IMG/VR virus record: IMGVR_UViG_3300009011_000002
Span: 162,774-226,773 of that record
DNA length: 64,000 nt
Reading direction: 5' to 3' (one strand)
Position numbers and translations under genes: made by a program. The notes under the pieces were generated by a model. It was not told the origin of the DNA. It ran no database searches and worked only from the letters and a program-made list of their open reading frames with translations. Below are positions 36,755 through 46,475 of the stretch, one piece after another; position 1 is the stretch's first letter, and every line of letters begins with the position of its first letter.

Positions 36755-38865
36755 TACGGCAACTCCTCATCTTCGACAACACGGATGTACGTGCTGTCAG
36801 GGAACTTGATCGAGGTAGGTTTGAGGCCTTTCTCGATGTCGTAGAACCTCAGTCGGTCTGGAACCACCACCTTGATGATCGCTTCCGAACCCACTTCAAG
36901 CTGTGGACGGTCTGGGCTCACCACCGGGATGTTGGCTTCGAGGATACCGATCAGGTCGTTGTTCGTAGGTACATGCAACTGTACATACTTGAACTCACCT
37001 TCGAGGTCATTACCCTTGCCAATCCAACGTGGATCCCCCACCGAGATTTCATTCGGCACTTCCGTAACGTCAGTACCGTCGTCCATCTCTTTGATGGTGT
37101 GAATGGTGTAGGAGCTCAGGCCCATCATGATGTCGATGAGGTCCGACTGTTTGATCCGCATTGACGGTTGGGTGTTGGTGTCCCACCCAGTCACACGTTT
37201 GAAGATCTCCCAGGCAAAGCCTCGTTTCTCTTCAGAGGTGTATTCGGAGAAGTCGAACTTGTAATCGAGCAGAAGCGTCCTGTAGTCCGTGTAGTTGCCG
37301 AGTTTGACAATCCCCGAGGCATACATCAGCTTCGTGGTTTGCTTCACCCTAGCGCGCTTGTTGAGGTCGTAGAACTGACTGTAGAGTTTCTTGTGGCTCC
37401 ACATCCAGTCATAGACTTGGAACGCGTACTGGATCAGGTAGTCAGGTGCAACAAACACCGCCACTGGATCCCACAGCGCTCGGATATCTGCTGCCAGCTT
37501 TGGATCGATGAACGCAGGCCCGCCCATGTTGCGCAGTTGCGCGATGGTAGGCGGTTTGATCTTCGAGACGTTCTGGTAGTAGACCTTGTCGATCTTGGTG
37601 GGTTCAATACCCCGAGACGACAAGATCAGGTACTTCCAAATGTGGTACAGGTCGGTAACCGGGATACGGTGTTGTTTACCGCTCTTCGGATCGACCACCA
37701 CCGAACGGCCTTTGAACTGACCGTTACCCGCCAAGTAGATCCACTCGTTGTACGCCACCGACATTAAGGTATCTGCGTGCCGGTTGGTGTAGTCCATCAT
37801 CGAGGACTCTAATGCCTTGGTAGGGAGCTCAGAATGCAAACTGAACTTACCCTTCATCAGGGCATCTTCCAAGTAAATCGACGTGTTGGGGTAGTTCTCT
37901 TTGGCTTGGGTCTGCTGCTTGTTGATCATCACCTCGGTTTCGATGAACTCCGGGGTACGGCCGTAGTCTTCGATGAGGTTCAGGTTCATCCGACGGTACA
38001 ACGGGTTGGGGGTAAGGTCCTCCAAGATGGTCTCGGTGGATTCAACCATGTCGTACTTGGCAATCGGGATAGCACCTGGGGTCAGGATGTTTTCCACCAA
38101 CTTGTTGAAGCTGTACATCTGGCCCGGGTTGTTCTTCAGCCATGCAATGTTGCGGAACAGCCACATGATCTGTTCTTTGGTCATGCTTGCCTTGTACTGC
38201 GAAAAGTCACCGAACGAATCGATGTGACTCCACACGAAAAACTCGTGCGAATGACGTGTAAAAGCATCCTCTAGGCGAATGGCATGAACGACCTCGATTA
38301 CCATGGCGTACAACTTACGCATCATCAATGTCAACATGAGGTCATCGGTGGTGATGTAATCATTCTTGAACATCATGATTACGTTGGCATTGATATGCCG
38401 TTGCAGTTTCGAGATCAACTGATCCTCGTTCCACAACACTAAATTTGTATTCCACCGCAGGATTTTATAGTCTTCTGCCTCAATGGTCTCCTCGTAGGGG
38501 ATCGGCGACAGGATGCCGTTGATCAAGGCAGGCTGGTGTGGATAGGCCTCCATCAGGCGGGTGTACCAATGCCCCCCTTTAGAGTATTCCCGCAGGGTTG
38601 CGATGTGATCCTGGAGGACCTCTTTGGTGAAGTTGATTTCCTCACCTGTATCAATTGAGGTTACCACCATCATGTCATCGGTGGGGTGGTAGTCCCCGTT
38701 CAAATTCATGTAGTACCGCCAGGTACGTTTATCGGAACTGACCGGGTAGTTCGCAGCTATCAGCACGTCATTGTCTCGCTCGGCAACTGCACCGATCTTG
38801 ATGACCATGGTCCTGACCAAGCTGAATGTATCCCGGAAGTACCGGTCTATATCAACACTGTTCAT
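36754..38865 (-). CDS. virion structural protein (phiKZ gp128-like)
   Basis: 703 aa; TWRYYMNLNGDYH..D motif recalled for this family; divergent from the portal. Confidence 0.7.
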   Translation of the reverse strand: MNSVDIDRYFRDTFSLVRTMVIKIGAVAERDNDVLIAANYPVSSDKRTWRYYMNLNGDYHPTDDMMVVTSIDTGEEINFTKEVLQDHIATLREYSKGGHWYTRLMEAYPHQPALINGILSPIPYEETIEAEDYKILRWNTNLVLWNEDQLISKLQRHINANVIMMFKNDYITTDDLMLTLMMRKLYAMVIEVVHAIRLEDAFTRHSHEFFVWSHIDSFGDFSQYKASMTKEQIMWLFRNIAWLKNNPGQMYSFNKLVENILTPGAIPIAKYDMVESTETILEDLTPNPLYRRMNLNLIEDYGRTPEFIETEVMINKQQTQAKENYPNTSIYLEDALMKGKFSLHSELPTKALESSMMDYTNRHADTLMSVAYNEWIYLAGNGQFKGRSVVVDPKSGKQHRIPVTDLYHIWKYLILSSRGIEPTKIDKVYYQNVSKIKPPTIAQLRNMGGPAFIDPKLAADIRALWDPVAVFVAPDYLIQYAFQVYDWMWSHKKLYSQFYDLNKRARVKQTTKLMYASGIVKLGNYTDYRTLLLDYKFDFSEYTSEEKRGFAWEIFKRVTGWDTNTQPSMRIKQSDLIDIMMGLSSYTIHTIKEMDDGTDVTEVPNEISVGDPRWIGKGNDLEGEFKYVQLHVPTNNDLIGILEANIPVVSPDRPQLEVGSEAIIKVVVPDRLRFYDIEKGLKPTSIKFPDSTYIRVVEDEELP

Positions 38866-38888
38866 AAAGTTTAACTCGTGAGGTTAGT

Positions 38889-41800
38889 ATGGGTTACAGC
38901 GATAACACACGCAGTAAGACACAGGGCAATACCCATGTCGACTACACCAAGATTCGCCAGGCACTGAATGAAGTCTCGCCGGCTGTTTCGGCCACGCTGC
39001 GTAACGCGGTCCCACGGAACGGTTCTACGCCTGAACGTGATGAGATCAAAGGTAAGGACACCATCAACCCTTACAAGCTCGCGTCGCTGAGCAACATCAT
39101 CAGCAACAACATTAACGCCGTCGCTGACCTGCGTGCGATCACGCCGTATATCGACAAAGCCGAGCTGATCTGGAACACCATCCTGCTTTACCCTAACGGT
39201 AAGCAGGACAGGATTCTTACCCGAGACACTTTCCCGACGCGCTATAAAAGCACAGCGCTGCATGCGCTGCTGTTGAAAAAGTGGGACAATTACTATACCA
39301 ACGACTATAAGATCGAGTCGGAATTGGGGCCTTGGATCAACGATATCCTGTGGAATACGGGCAGTGTGACCCTGTTCAACTTGAGCCGTCCAGGGCTGGA
39401 TTACCTGATCAACGGCAGCGAGATCGACCCGAACGATCCGAATGCACGTGCCGGTCAGGAAGCCTTCAAGAACGAAGCGCGAGTGAAGTTGGCCGCCGAG
39501 TTCGAATCAGTTAACGGCAAACACATCGTCCGCAACAAAGGCATGTTTGTGCGCGACCCTAACTTCAAGGCCACCAACGACCAGAAGCAATACGTCTCTG
39601 GTTTGGAAGCCTTGCTGAATGGACGTCCTAATTACGTCGGGACTGAGTTCAACCTGTTCAACGGGTTGACCGAAGAGGTTGACGGTAAGGCAGAGAAACT
39701 CTCTGACTTCATGAACGTCACCCTCACCGACAACCCGGCGATCCTGTACCTCCAGCGCTTCAACGAAACCACTCGCCAGCAGGATGTCCTGTCGGTCATG
39801 GGGATGGAGTCTTTCGATAACCTCATTGTCTCGGCTTTCAAAGCGGATGAGGCAAAGAAAAAGAAAGACGACAAAGCACTGGAACGTGACCAAAAGAAAA
39901 ACGCCAAGGCGAAGCCTGAAGGTCCTGAGGCGACTACTCAGAACCTCACGGAAGACCAGCTGGAAACCCTCGGTCACACGATCTTCCGTGGACGTAACAT
40001 TCGTCACCAGTCGATGCAACATGTCAAAACCCAGGACAGCCTGTCGGTACAACCGTATGGCCGTGGTCTGGTGTGGCACGTACCGAGTGAGGCGGTGATC
40101 CCGATTCACTACAACGGCCGTACCCGTCAGAAGATCGACTACATCTTCCTGCTGGACGATGAAGGTAACTTCCTGAAGACGTCGGGGGACGATTCGTTCT
40201 ACCAGTCGACCACCAAGAACCAAAGCGTTCAAAACCGTCCCAAGGCAGGTAGCGACAACCACCTGATCAGTTCCTTGCGTATGGTGCAGGAGGGCAAGCC
40301 CTGTGACTTCGACATGTCTGAATTCGCCGAGATGGCCAAGTCGGCAATCATCCGTCGTTACATGCAGTCGGTGATCAGCAACACCGGTGACAACATCAGT
40401 GTGACCATTGATGATGAAACCAACAAGATCTTCTTGGCACGTATGTTCCGTCGTCAGGGGATTCGTTGCTTGTACGTACCGGGTGAAGCGGTTACCTACA
40501 TGGCGTTGAAGTACAACCGCCTGGGTATGGGTCAGTCGCTGACTCAGATGGCCAAGATGCACATTGCCCGTCTGGCAGCCTTTGACTTCGCTGACGCGTT
40601 GGCAAACCTCCAGGCAGCCCAACCCCACAGCATGATGACGATCAACGTCGAGAAGCTAGATGGAGACCCGCACAACACCATTGCGTTGGCACGTGCTGCG
40701 TTCTTCGCGAACAACCCACGGTTGCACAACCTGTTGTCGACGGCTCAGTTGTCGGTTCCGCAGATCGCGGATGCTCTACGGGAATCCTCGTTGACTATTA
40801 AAGTCAATGCTTCCGAGAACCCGAACATGCCTACGCCAGAGATTGATCTGGCGCGCATGGACAAGGAGCATTTCAAACCGGTTGACGATACCAGTCGCCA
40901 GAAGGTGCTCAATGACATCTCTAACTACTTCCACCTACCGCGTAGTTGGTTGGACGTTTCGGATGACCAGAACGAATTCCAGATTGAAGCTTTGACCGAA
41001 CACCAGATGGTCCATAACCAAGGGGCTAACTGGCAGTCGGAATTGGCGGATCATGTCATTGACTTCGAGAAGAAACACGCTCGGGTTAACGGCATGTTCT
41101 TGAAGGACTTCGTTCAGGAGATCATTGACAACAAGAACCTGTGGAAACCTGACAGCAAGGAAGAGATTCCTGGGGATGAGAACCAACAGGTGAAGATCAT
41201 CCTGTCGGACTTCTTCTCTGGGCTGTTCTGCTACTTCCCAGAAGCCTCCAGCACCGAGAGCACCAACAAGCTCAAGGAAAGCCTGGACGCGGTACAAGCG
41301 CTGGTACAGGTGTGGGAAGAGTTGTCGGGCAGCACGGTGGTGATGGGTCAAATGGCCAAGGAGCTCGGTCTGGAAGACGAGAAGTACAGCCAGGACGAGA
41401 TCAAGGCCTCGATCAAGTCGGTGTTCATGACCGAAGCGTTCCGTCGTTTCAACCTGCCGATGCCTTTCGACGAAATCGTCAACGAAGGCAAAGGCGGTGG
41501 TATTGCGTCGTTGATCCACAACATCGTCCACCAACGCAACAACGTGGCGGAGTTCATGATCAAGTTCTTGGAAGAACGTTCTAAAGCGGACGAGAAGACC
41601 AAGAAGACGTACAAGAAGGTCTTGGAGAAACTCACCGCACCAGAAGAACCGGAACCGGGTCAACCAGGACTTGATGAATACGGTAACCCAATCGAACCTG
41701 CTGCTGAACCGCAGTTTGACGATGACGGTAATCCGATCGAGCCAGCGGCTGATAGCGGCGAAGTACCAGCCGTTCCAGGTGAAGAGGGTTCTGAAACTAC

Positions 41801-42152
41801 TGGTCTGGATGACAGTGGTTTGGGTGATGTGGAAGGTGCGCCACCAATGCCTGGTGACGAAAGCGGAGCAGCCAATGCGGAAGGTGGTGAAGCGGATGCA
41901 GGCGGTGACGCTGATGCAATCGCAGCAGCTGCAGCCGAGGCTCCACCGATGCCGGGTGAGGAGGGTAGTACCGAAGATGAACCAGCGGTAGAACCTGCTC
42001 CGGGTGAGGAACCTGATCCTCTGGAAGAACCGGAGGATGCCCCGGCAATGCCAGGGGAAGAGGAACCGGAAGAAGGCGGGGAAATTGAAGGGAGTGACGA
42101 TCCTGAAAGCCCCAACTACAACCCGTTCGGAAAGAACGGAAAAAAGAAATAA
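38889..42152 (+). CDS. portal protein (phiKZ gp129-like) with acidic C-terminal tail
   Basis: 1087 aa, GAGG RBS; YIFLLDDEGN and LYVP...VTY.A..YN.LG.G.SL motifs; synteny; G-x-E sites in the N-terminal part. Confidence 0.7.
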   Translation: MGYSDNTRSKTQGNTHVDYTKIRQALNEVSPAVSATLRNAVPRNGSTPERDEIKGKDTINPYKLASLSNIISNNINAVADLRAITPYIDKAELIWNTILLYPNGKQDRILTRDTFPTRYKSTALHALLLKKWDNYYTNDYKIESELGPWINDILWNTGSVTLFNLSRPGLDYLINGSEIDPNDPNARAGQEAFKNEARVKLAAEFESVNGKHIVRNKGMFVRDPNFKATNDQKQYVSGLEALLNGRPNYVGTEFNLFNGLTEEVDGKAEKLSDFMNVTLTDNPAILYLQRFNETTRQQDVLSVMGMESFDNLIVSAFKADEAKKKKDDKALERDQKKNAKAKPEGPEATTQNLTEDQLETLGHTIFRGRNIRHQSMQHVKTQDSLSVQPYGRGLVWHVPSEAVIPIHYNGRTRQKIDYIFLLDDEGNFLKTSGDDSFYQSTTKNQSVQNRPKAGSDNHLISSLRMVQEGKPCDFDMSEFAEMAKSAIIRRYMQSVISNTGDNISVTIDDETNKIFLARMFRRQGIRCLYVPGEAVTYMALKYNRLGMGQSLTQMAKMHIARLAAFDFADALANLQAAQPHSMMTINVEKLDGDPHNTIALARAAFFANNPRLHNLLSTAQLSVPQIADALRESSLTIKVNASENPNMPTPEIDLARMDKEHFKPVDDTSRQKVLNDISNYFHLPRSWLDVSDDQNEFQIEALTEHQMVHNQGANWQSELADHVIDFEKKHARVNGMFLKDFVQEIIDNKNLWKPDSKEEIPGDENQQVKIILSDFFSGLFCYFPEASSTESTNKLKESLDAVQALVQVWEELSGSTVVMGQMAKELGLEDEKYSQDEIKASIKSVFMTEAFRRFNLPMPFDEIVNEGKGGGIASLIHNIVHQRNNVAEFMIKFLEERSKADEKTKKTYKKVLEKLTAPEEPEPGQPGLDEYGNPIEPAAEPQFDDDGNPIEPAADSGEVPAVPGEEGSETTGLDDSGLGDVEGAPPMPGDESGAANAEGGEADAGGDADAIAAAAAEAPPMPGEEGSTEDEPAVEPAPGEEPDPLEEPEDAPAMPGEEEPEEGGEIEGSDDPESPNYNPFGKNGKKK
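41637..42152 (+). repeat. degenerate peptide repeats in the portal tail
   Basis: GNPIEPAA twice; (A)P(P/A)MPG(D/E)E three times plus PAVPGEE and PAPGEE. Confidence 0.85.
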
Positions 42153-42165
42153 ATAAGTAACCATA

Positions 42166-42195
42166 CCCTACCCACCCCGTAAGGGATGGGTAGGG
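42166..42195. terminator. hairpin at a convergent junction
   Basis: CCCTACCCA.CCC-GTAA-GGG.TGGGTAGGG. Confidence 0.75.
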
Positions 42196-42206
42196 CTTAT
42201 GGCCGC

Positions 42207-43229
42207 TTAACGTTTAGGAAACACTACAACACCTGGTGGGATGTCCTTGTAGACTTGCAGGACGGCGTCCGCTTTACCCTCTTCGATCTCCTTCAGGACA
42301 CGCAACAATTCTTTTTCCGTATAGATCCTGATGATGCAGTCCAGGACTTGGTTGGGCGCGACGTTAGCATTGATGTCCCACGCTCTGCCAGGTCGACCGT
42401 TACGGAAAGCCTCGGAGAGTTGGAGTTTGGGTTCACCCTCAATAACTACGTGTTCAACAAACACTGAAAGCGGAAGGCTGATGGTAGGGATGCTTTCCCC
42501 ACGACCGGCATAGTAGCCGGCACCCGCGTATGTATTAAGAGGAGCCATGACCAGCACAGGGTCCATACCGCGATGGAAGATCCGGACCTGGGCAACGCTA
42601 CAAGAAGCCGCGGCTTTTTCTGGAATGGAATACAGATACTGTTCCCCGTAAACCTTGAGCAGGTGAGCCAATATCATTTCTGGGGTAGGTGCGTTTGCTG
42701 GCCAGTGGGATGTATCGAGATCTTTCTGTACGGCAATCATGGGGTCTTTGCCGATCTGGGAGGTGAACAGGTGGGTGAAGGCGCAGACGAGTAGTGGGAT
42801 GGCACCGCCCTTGAAGGCGTTCCCCATAGGGCGTCCTGGCCATGGATCATTCACCATACCCGGCATGTGGAGTGGTGTTCCATATGCATTGAACTGCGGG
42901 CCGAAGACGCTAGGTTGCATTCCCACAGATTCTTGTTTACGGGGCTCGACGGACAGGAAAACTTCGTCGATGCTGTTGAAGGTGATTTTCACCTGTCTGG
43001 TGAAGAGGATGGTCAAGGCACCTTGTTCTTCGTTCAACCACTCGCACTGTTTCAGCTTATGGATGATCTGATCGATCACCTCAGGCTGGAAGGAGAACAA
43101 GGTGCCGAGGTGGGCAACATGGCCGTAGACCACCTCATTGAGTCTGAGACCAGGGCGCATCATCCGTGCTGTGTGGATGTCTTCGTTGTTGATGGAGATG
43201 GTGGTAGTGACATTACGTTGATCGGACAT
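42207..43229 (-). CDS. hypothetical protein
   Basis: 340 aa, AAGGA RBS. Confidence 0.8.
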   Translation of the reverse strand: MSDQRNVTTTISINNEDIHTARMMRPGLRLNEVVYGHVAHLGTLFSFQPEVIDQIIHKLKQCEWLNEEQGALTILFTRQVKITFNSIDEVFLSVEPRKQESVGMQPSVFGPQFNAYGTPLHMPGMVNDPWPGRPMGNAFKGGAIPLLVCAFTHLFTSQIGKDPMIAVQKDLDTSHWPANAPTPEMILAHLLKVYGEQYLYSIPEKAAASCSVAQVRIFHRGMDPVLVMAPLNTYAGAGYYAGRGESIPTISLPLSVFVEHVVIEGEPKLQLSEAFRNGRPGRAWDINANVAPNQVLDCIIRIYTEKELLRVLKEIEEGKADAVLQVYKDIPPGVVVFPKR

Positions 43230-43238
43230 GATGATTCC

Positions 43239-43478
43239 TTATTCGTTGTCGGGTTTTTCAGCGAGGCGTTCGCCGATAATGGTCAGCGTCGTCCCCAGCG
43301 GTTGTTCCGGTACGGGGAAGAGGTTGGGTTTCGGTTCGGTTTCACGCAAACGCTTTTGAATAAGCCTGAGCATGACAGGACCCGGGATATCAGCACCCCG
43401 GGACGTGGCGTACAGGTTATACCGAAGCAACATATCTGCCAGCTCGGTATTGGTGAGGTGGTCGTAGTTACCGGACAT
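43239..43478 (-). CDS. hypothetical protein, paralog of the next gene's N-terminus
   Basis: 79 aa, GAGG RBS. Confidence 0.75.
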   Translation of the reverse strand: MSGNYDHLTNTELADMLLRYNLYATSRGADIPGPVMLRLIQKRLRETEPKPNLFPVPEQPLGTTLTIIGERLAEKPDNE

Positions 43479-43480
43479 GT

Positions 43481-44317
43481 TTACCTCGGCATGGAAGTAA
43501 CCGTGTAAGTTACGTCAGTGAAGTTACCCATGGCAGTGTTGACGTAGACTTGGTATTGCCCGTCTACCCTTTTGCAATAGACGTGGAACTGTTGCTTGAC
43601 CGATTCGAAGTAGACACCCTGAATGTTGGCCAGTTGCGCTGAACCCAACGTCGTAAGGTCGACTTTCACCATGCCGATCTCACCCAGGATTTCACCCGCC
43701 TTACCCCAGTAGAACGACGGCACCAGTCTAAGTACACTGTGGGCCATGGTTTCCCAGTCCCTGAGGTACACGCTGAAGGTTTCTTCGCTGGCCTGGATCT
43801 GAGGTGCCTGTGTTTCAGCGGCTTGAGCGTAAATGATCCACGAATCGATGTGACTCCGCGCGAGCACCTCACCTTTGAACTGGTGGTGGACAATGTCCCA
43901 GCCGAGCGTCAACAGGAACTTCGGACCACCCGGAACGTTCTTGGCGATCAACCCCAGTTCGTCGATCTTCTCGAGGATGTCGGTGATTGTCTCGTCGCGA
44001 GAACCCGGGAGCACCACGCGATATTCGGCCATTGCTTCAAGGACGGTATCACGGAGGTTGATGTTGCGTTCGAAGTAGTAGTTCAGATCGACGGTGCAGT
44101 AACGTTTCTTACTGTCGATCTCAACATCTTCAACTTCTTCTTCGGTATTACGCAGCCGCTCCTGGATCAGCGAGATCAGGTCATGGCCGTACGGGATGTA
44201 CTTGTCCATGGCCTTGAAACGTTCAGGCATTTGGTCGAACTGAATCAGGCGGTTGAGACCGATCAGCTGGGCCAGGTCTTCGTTCGAGAGGTACGGGTAC
44301 TTGTTGTTCTGTTCCAT
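43481..44317 (-). CDS. hypothetical protein
   Basis: 278 aa, AAGGAG RBS. Confidence 0.8.
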   Translation of the reverse strand: MEQNNKYPYLSNEDLAQLIGLNRLIQFDQMPERFKAMDKYIPYGHDLISLIQERLRNTEEEVEDVEIDSKKRYCTVDLNYYFERNINLRDTVLEAMAEYRVVLPGSRDETITDILEKIDELGLIAKNVPGGPKFLLTLGWDIVHHQFKGEVLARSHIDSWIIYAQAAETQAPQIQASEETFSVYLRDWETMAHSVLRLVPSFYWGKAGEILGEIGMVKVDLTTLGSAQLANIQGVYFESVKQQFHVYCKRVDGQYQVYVNTAMGNFTDVTYTVTSMPR

Positions 44318-44327
44318 GGTTATCTCC

Positions 44328-44708
44328 TTAAGGATTGATACGTTTGAGTTGGACGGACCAGTAAGAATCCGGCACCATGATTCGGTCGAAAGGCGACGTG
44401 TTGTACGTCAGCAGGCCATAGCGGTTGCGGGGTTTCTTGATCGTGAGGATAACCTTGGACACAGGCACCCGCATGATGTCGTACAGGCCGTTGCACTCAA
44501 AGTGCGAGGCAAAGGTGGCTACCATGTCCTTGGGGGCAGGCAGTCCTTTGGGGAACTTGTCTTCTGGGATACCTTCCAGGGCCCGCTGGACGTATGCCCA
44601 GAAGTCAGCTGGATAAGCTTCGAACTCGCGGAAGCACACGTCCAAACGAATCTGGAGCATGCCTTCAATGTTTCCGAAGTTCAGTGTCGTTGGTTTATTC
44701 TCGGCCAT
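44328..44708 (-). CDS. hypothetical protein
   Basis: 126 aa, GAGG RBS. Confidence 0.75.
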   Translation of the reverse strand: MAENKPTTLNFGNIEGMLQIRLDVCFREFEAYPADFWAYVQRALEGIPEDKFPKGLPAPKDMVATFASHFECNGLYDIMRVPVSKVILTIKKPRNRYGLLTYNTSPFDRIMVPDSYWSVQLKRINP

Positions 44709-44710
44709 CG

Positions 44711-45145
44711 TTAAACCCTCTGTATGTTGGGGGTGCAGTTAATTTCCCACGCAGGCATTGGAGTGATCTTGCGTTTACCGCTCGCACAAAGGATCCGCGA
44801 AGTGGGGAACCGTAGGGTGCTGGTGTTGTAGATGCACAGCTTTGTGGTTTGTGTACGGGTACGGATCTCTTCGTAGACACCACCAGCTTCAAAGGTCTCC
44901 CGCAGTATACGGCAGAACGTGTGGACATCCAGGTTGTTGGGGATACGGATCAAAGCACCTTCCGCCAACCCATCGATGATCTCACGCAGGAAATACCAGA
45001 AGGCATCCAGTTCGTTTTCAAGATCGTAGTCATGGAAAACCGAACTCAGGTTAATCTGGATGAAAGTGTCCTTACTGTGGCTGTAAGGTTCGACGGCATC
45101 CAGCATGGCCTGGCGACGGTTGTCACGTTTAGTATGGTTGGTCAT
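44711..45145 (-). CDS. hypothetical protein
   Basis: 144 aa, GGAG RBS. Confidence 0.75.
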   Translation of the reverse strand: MTNHTKRDNRRQAMLDAVEPYSHSKDTFIQINLSSVFHDYDLENELDAFWYFLREIIDGLAEGALIRIPNNLDVHTFCRILRETFEAGGVYEEIRTRTQTTKLCIYNTSTLRFPTSRILCASGKRKITPMPAWEINCTPNIQRV

Positions 45146-45157
45146 TTACAGTTCTCC

Positions 45158-45186
45158 GAAAAAATAAGGGATCCGTGTGGACCCCT
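45158..45186 (-). terminator. intrinsic terminator
   Basis: AGGGG.TCC/GGA.CCCCT stem followed by TATTTTTT on the minus strand. Confidence 0.65.
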
Positions 45187-45206
45187 TTGCAACCAGTGAC
45201 TTCCTG

Positions 45207-45482
45207 TTAAGCCAGGAAGGCAGCAGGTTGCTTGTTAACAAAGGTGTTCAGCAGTTTCCCGTTGAACTCCATGTGTTCTTTAAGCGACTTAGGGAAGTCG
45301 GTGATTTCCAGCTTGGTGAGGAACGCGTACAGACGATCCTCCAAGGAGAGGGTGTCGTCTTTAACGCTGCGAGCACGTTGTACTTCCAGCATGCAGCGGA
45401 AGCGTACGAGTTCTACTTCGGACTTCGGAAAATCAATTACCGAGTAGCCCATCAGTTTGTCAAAGATCTTTGCGACACCCAT
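45207..45482 (-). CDS. hypothetical protein
   Basis: 91 aa, AAGGAG RBS. Confidence 0.75.
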   Translation of the reverse strand: MGVAKIFDKLMGYSVIDFPKSEVELVRFRCMLEVQRARSVKDDTLSLEDRLYAFLTKLEITDFPKSLKEHMEFNGKLLNTFVNKQPAAFLA

Positions 45483-45530
45483 GTCAATCTCCTTAAATAG
45501 AAGTGAGGCGGACGTCTGTCCGCTCTCGTA

Positions 45531-45878
45531 TTAAACGCCGCCGCCTACCTCACCGAATGCACCGATGATTTCAGACACAGCGATTGCAGTGCTTGCACCA
45601 GTCAGACCTGCAGCCGCGCTGTTCAGGATCTTGCCGGTAGTACCGAACAGCTCAGCAGTCTTGAAGACATTGCCTACAGCGAAACCAACAGCAGCGCCAG
45701 CAGCAGCGCCCACCAGGCCTGCAGCGATTGGAGCACCCTTTGCCACAGCTGCAGCGCCGCCCAACAGGCCGCTCGCAACACCTACACAGACACCTATCGA
45801 AATACCTTCTTCACGCTTATTGCTTTGCAGGAAGGCGTTCATGGAAGCTTGAGCAGCAGCGTTGTTCATTGCAGTCAT
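45531..45878 (-). CDS. small glycine-zipper membrane protein
   Basis: GVCVGVASGLLGGAAAVAKG..AAGLVGAAAGAAVGFAVG; AGGAG RBS. Confidence 0.8.
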   Translation of the reverse strand: MTAMNNAAAQASMNAFLQSNKREEGISIGVCVGVASGLLGGAAAVAKGAPIAAGLVGAAAGAAVGFAVGNVFKTAELFGTTGKILNSAAAGLTGASTAIAVSEIIGAFGEVGGGV

Positions 45879-45954
45879 GGTAAATCTCCTAAAAGTATTA
45901 AGTAATGGGACAACCCTGTGTCATCCCATTGGAACTAATTGATTGAAAGTTGGA

Positions 45955-46314
45955 TTAGAACAGAACCACGTTTTCCAGGGTGCCGCAGCTCCACTGGTTG
46001 TCGACTTGTGCGGCGTTGTACTTGTCAACGCCAGCTTGCAGACCATTGGCTGCGCTGTTGATGTTACCACCCACCGAAGTTCTGCTGATGGTTGCCTTGC
46101 CAGTCTCATCATCCAGGTAGACGATGTTCAGGCAGAAGTGGGTGTTGGCATACAGCCCAACGATGTGACGGTGGCCATTCTTATTGACCAGTTCAGCCAG
46201 ACCACCAATCGAGCGATCTTCGCGATTGTTGTTGTGGTCGTCGCTTACTTTCAAGTTGTTAGCTTTAATAGCTTCCAGGACTTGGGCGAAGGTAGCTTGT
46301 TGAGTGCGGGACAT
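45955..46314 (-). CDS. hypothetical early protein
   Basis: 119 aa, AGGAG RBS, first gene after the promoter. Confidence 0.8.
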   Translation of the reverse strand: MSRTQQATFAQVLEAIKANNLKVSDDHNNNREDRSIGGLAELVNKNGHRHIVGLYANTHFCLNIVYLDDETGKATISRTSVGGNINSAANGLQAGVDKYNAAQVDNQWSCGTLENVVLF

Positions 46315-46351
46315 AGTTGTAACTCCTAAGTGTGAAAGACATTGATTGCCT

Positions 46352-46396
46352 TTATCACCCAGGTTATATAGGTCTGAGATAAACTGTAACTTAAAT
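46352..46396 (-). promoter_or_regulatory. early promoter with extended upstream element (copy 2)
   Basis: Minus strand ATTTAAGTTACAG-N8-AGACCTATATAAC-CTGGGTGATAA. Confidence 0.7.
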
Positions 46397-46424
46397 ATTT
46401 CAAAAAGAAAGCATATGGGAATTA

Positions 46425-46458
46425 TACCTACCTAACCGGATATCCGGTTAGGTAGGTA
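46425..46458. repeat. perfect 34-bp palindrome (probable terminator hairpin)
   Basis: TACCTACCTAACCGGATATCCGGTTAGGTAGGTA equals its own reverse complement. Confidence 0.9.
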
Positions 46459-46475
46459 GTCATCCTGAGGTTACA

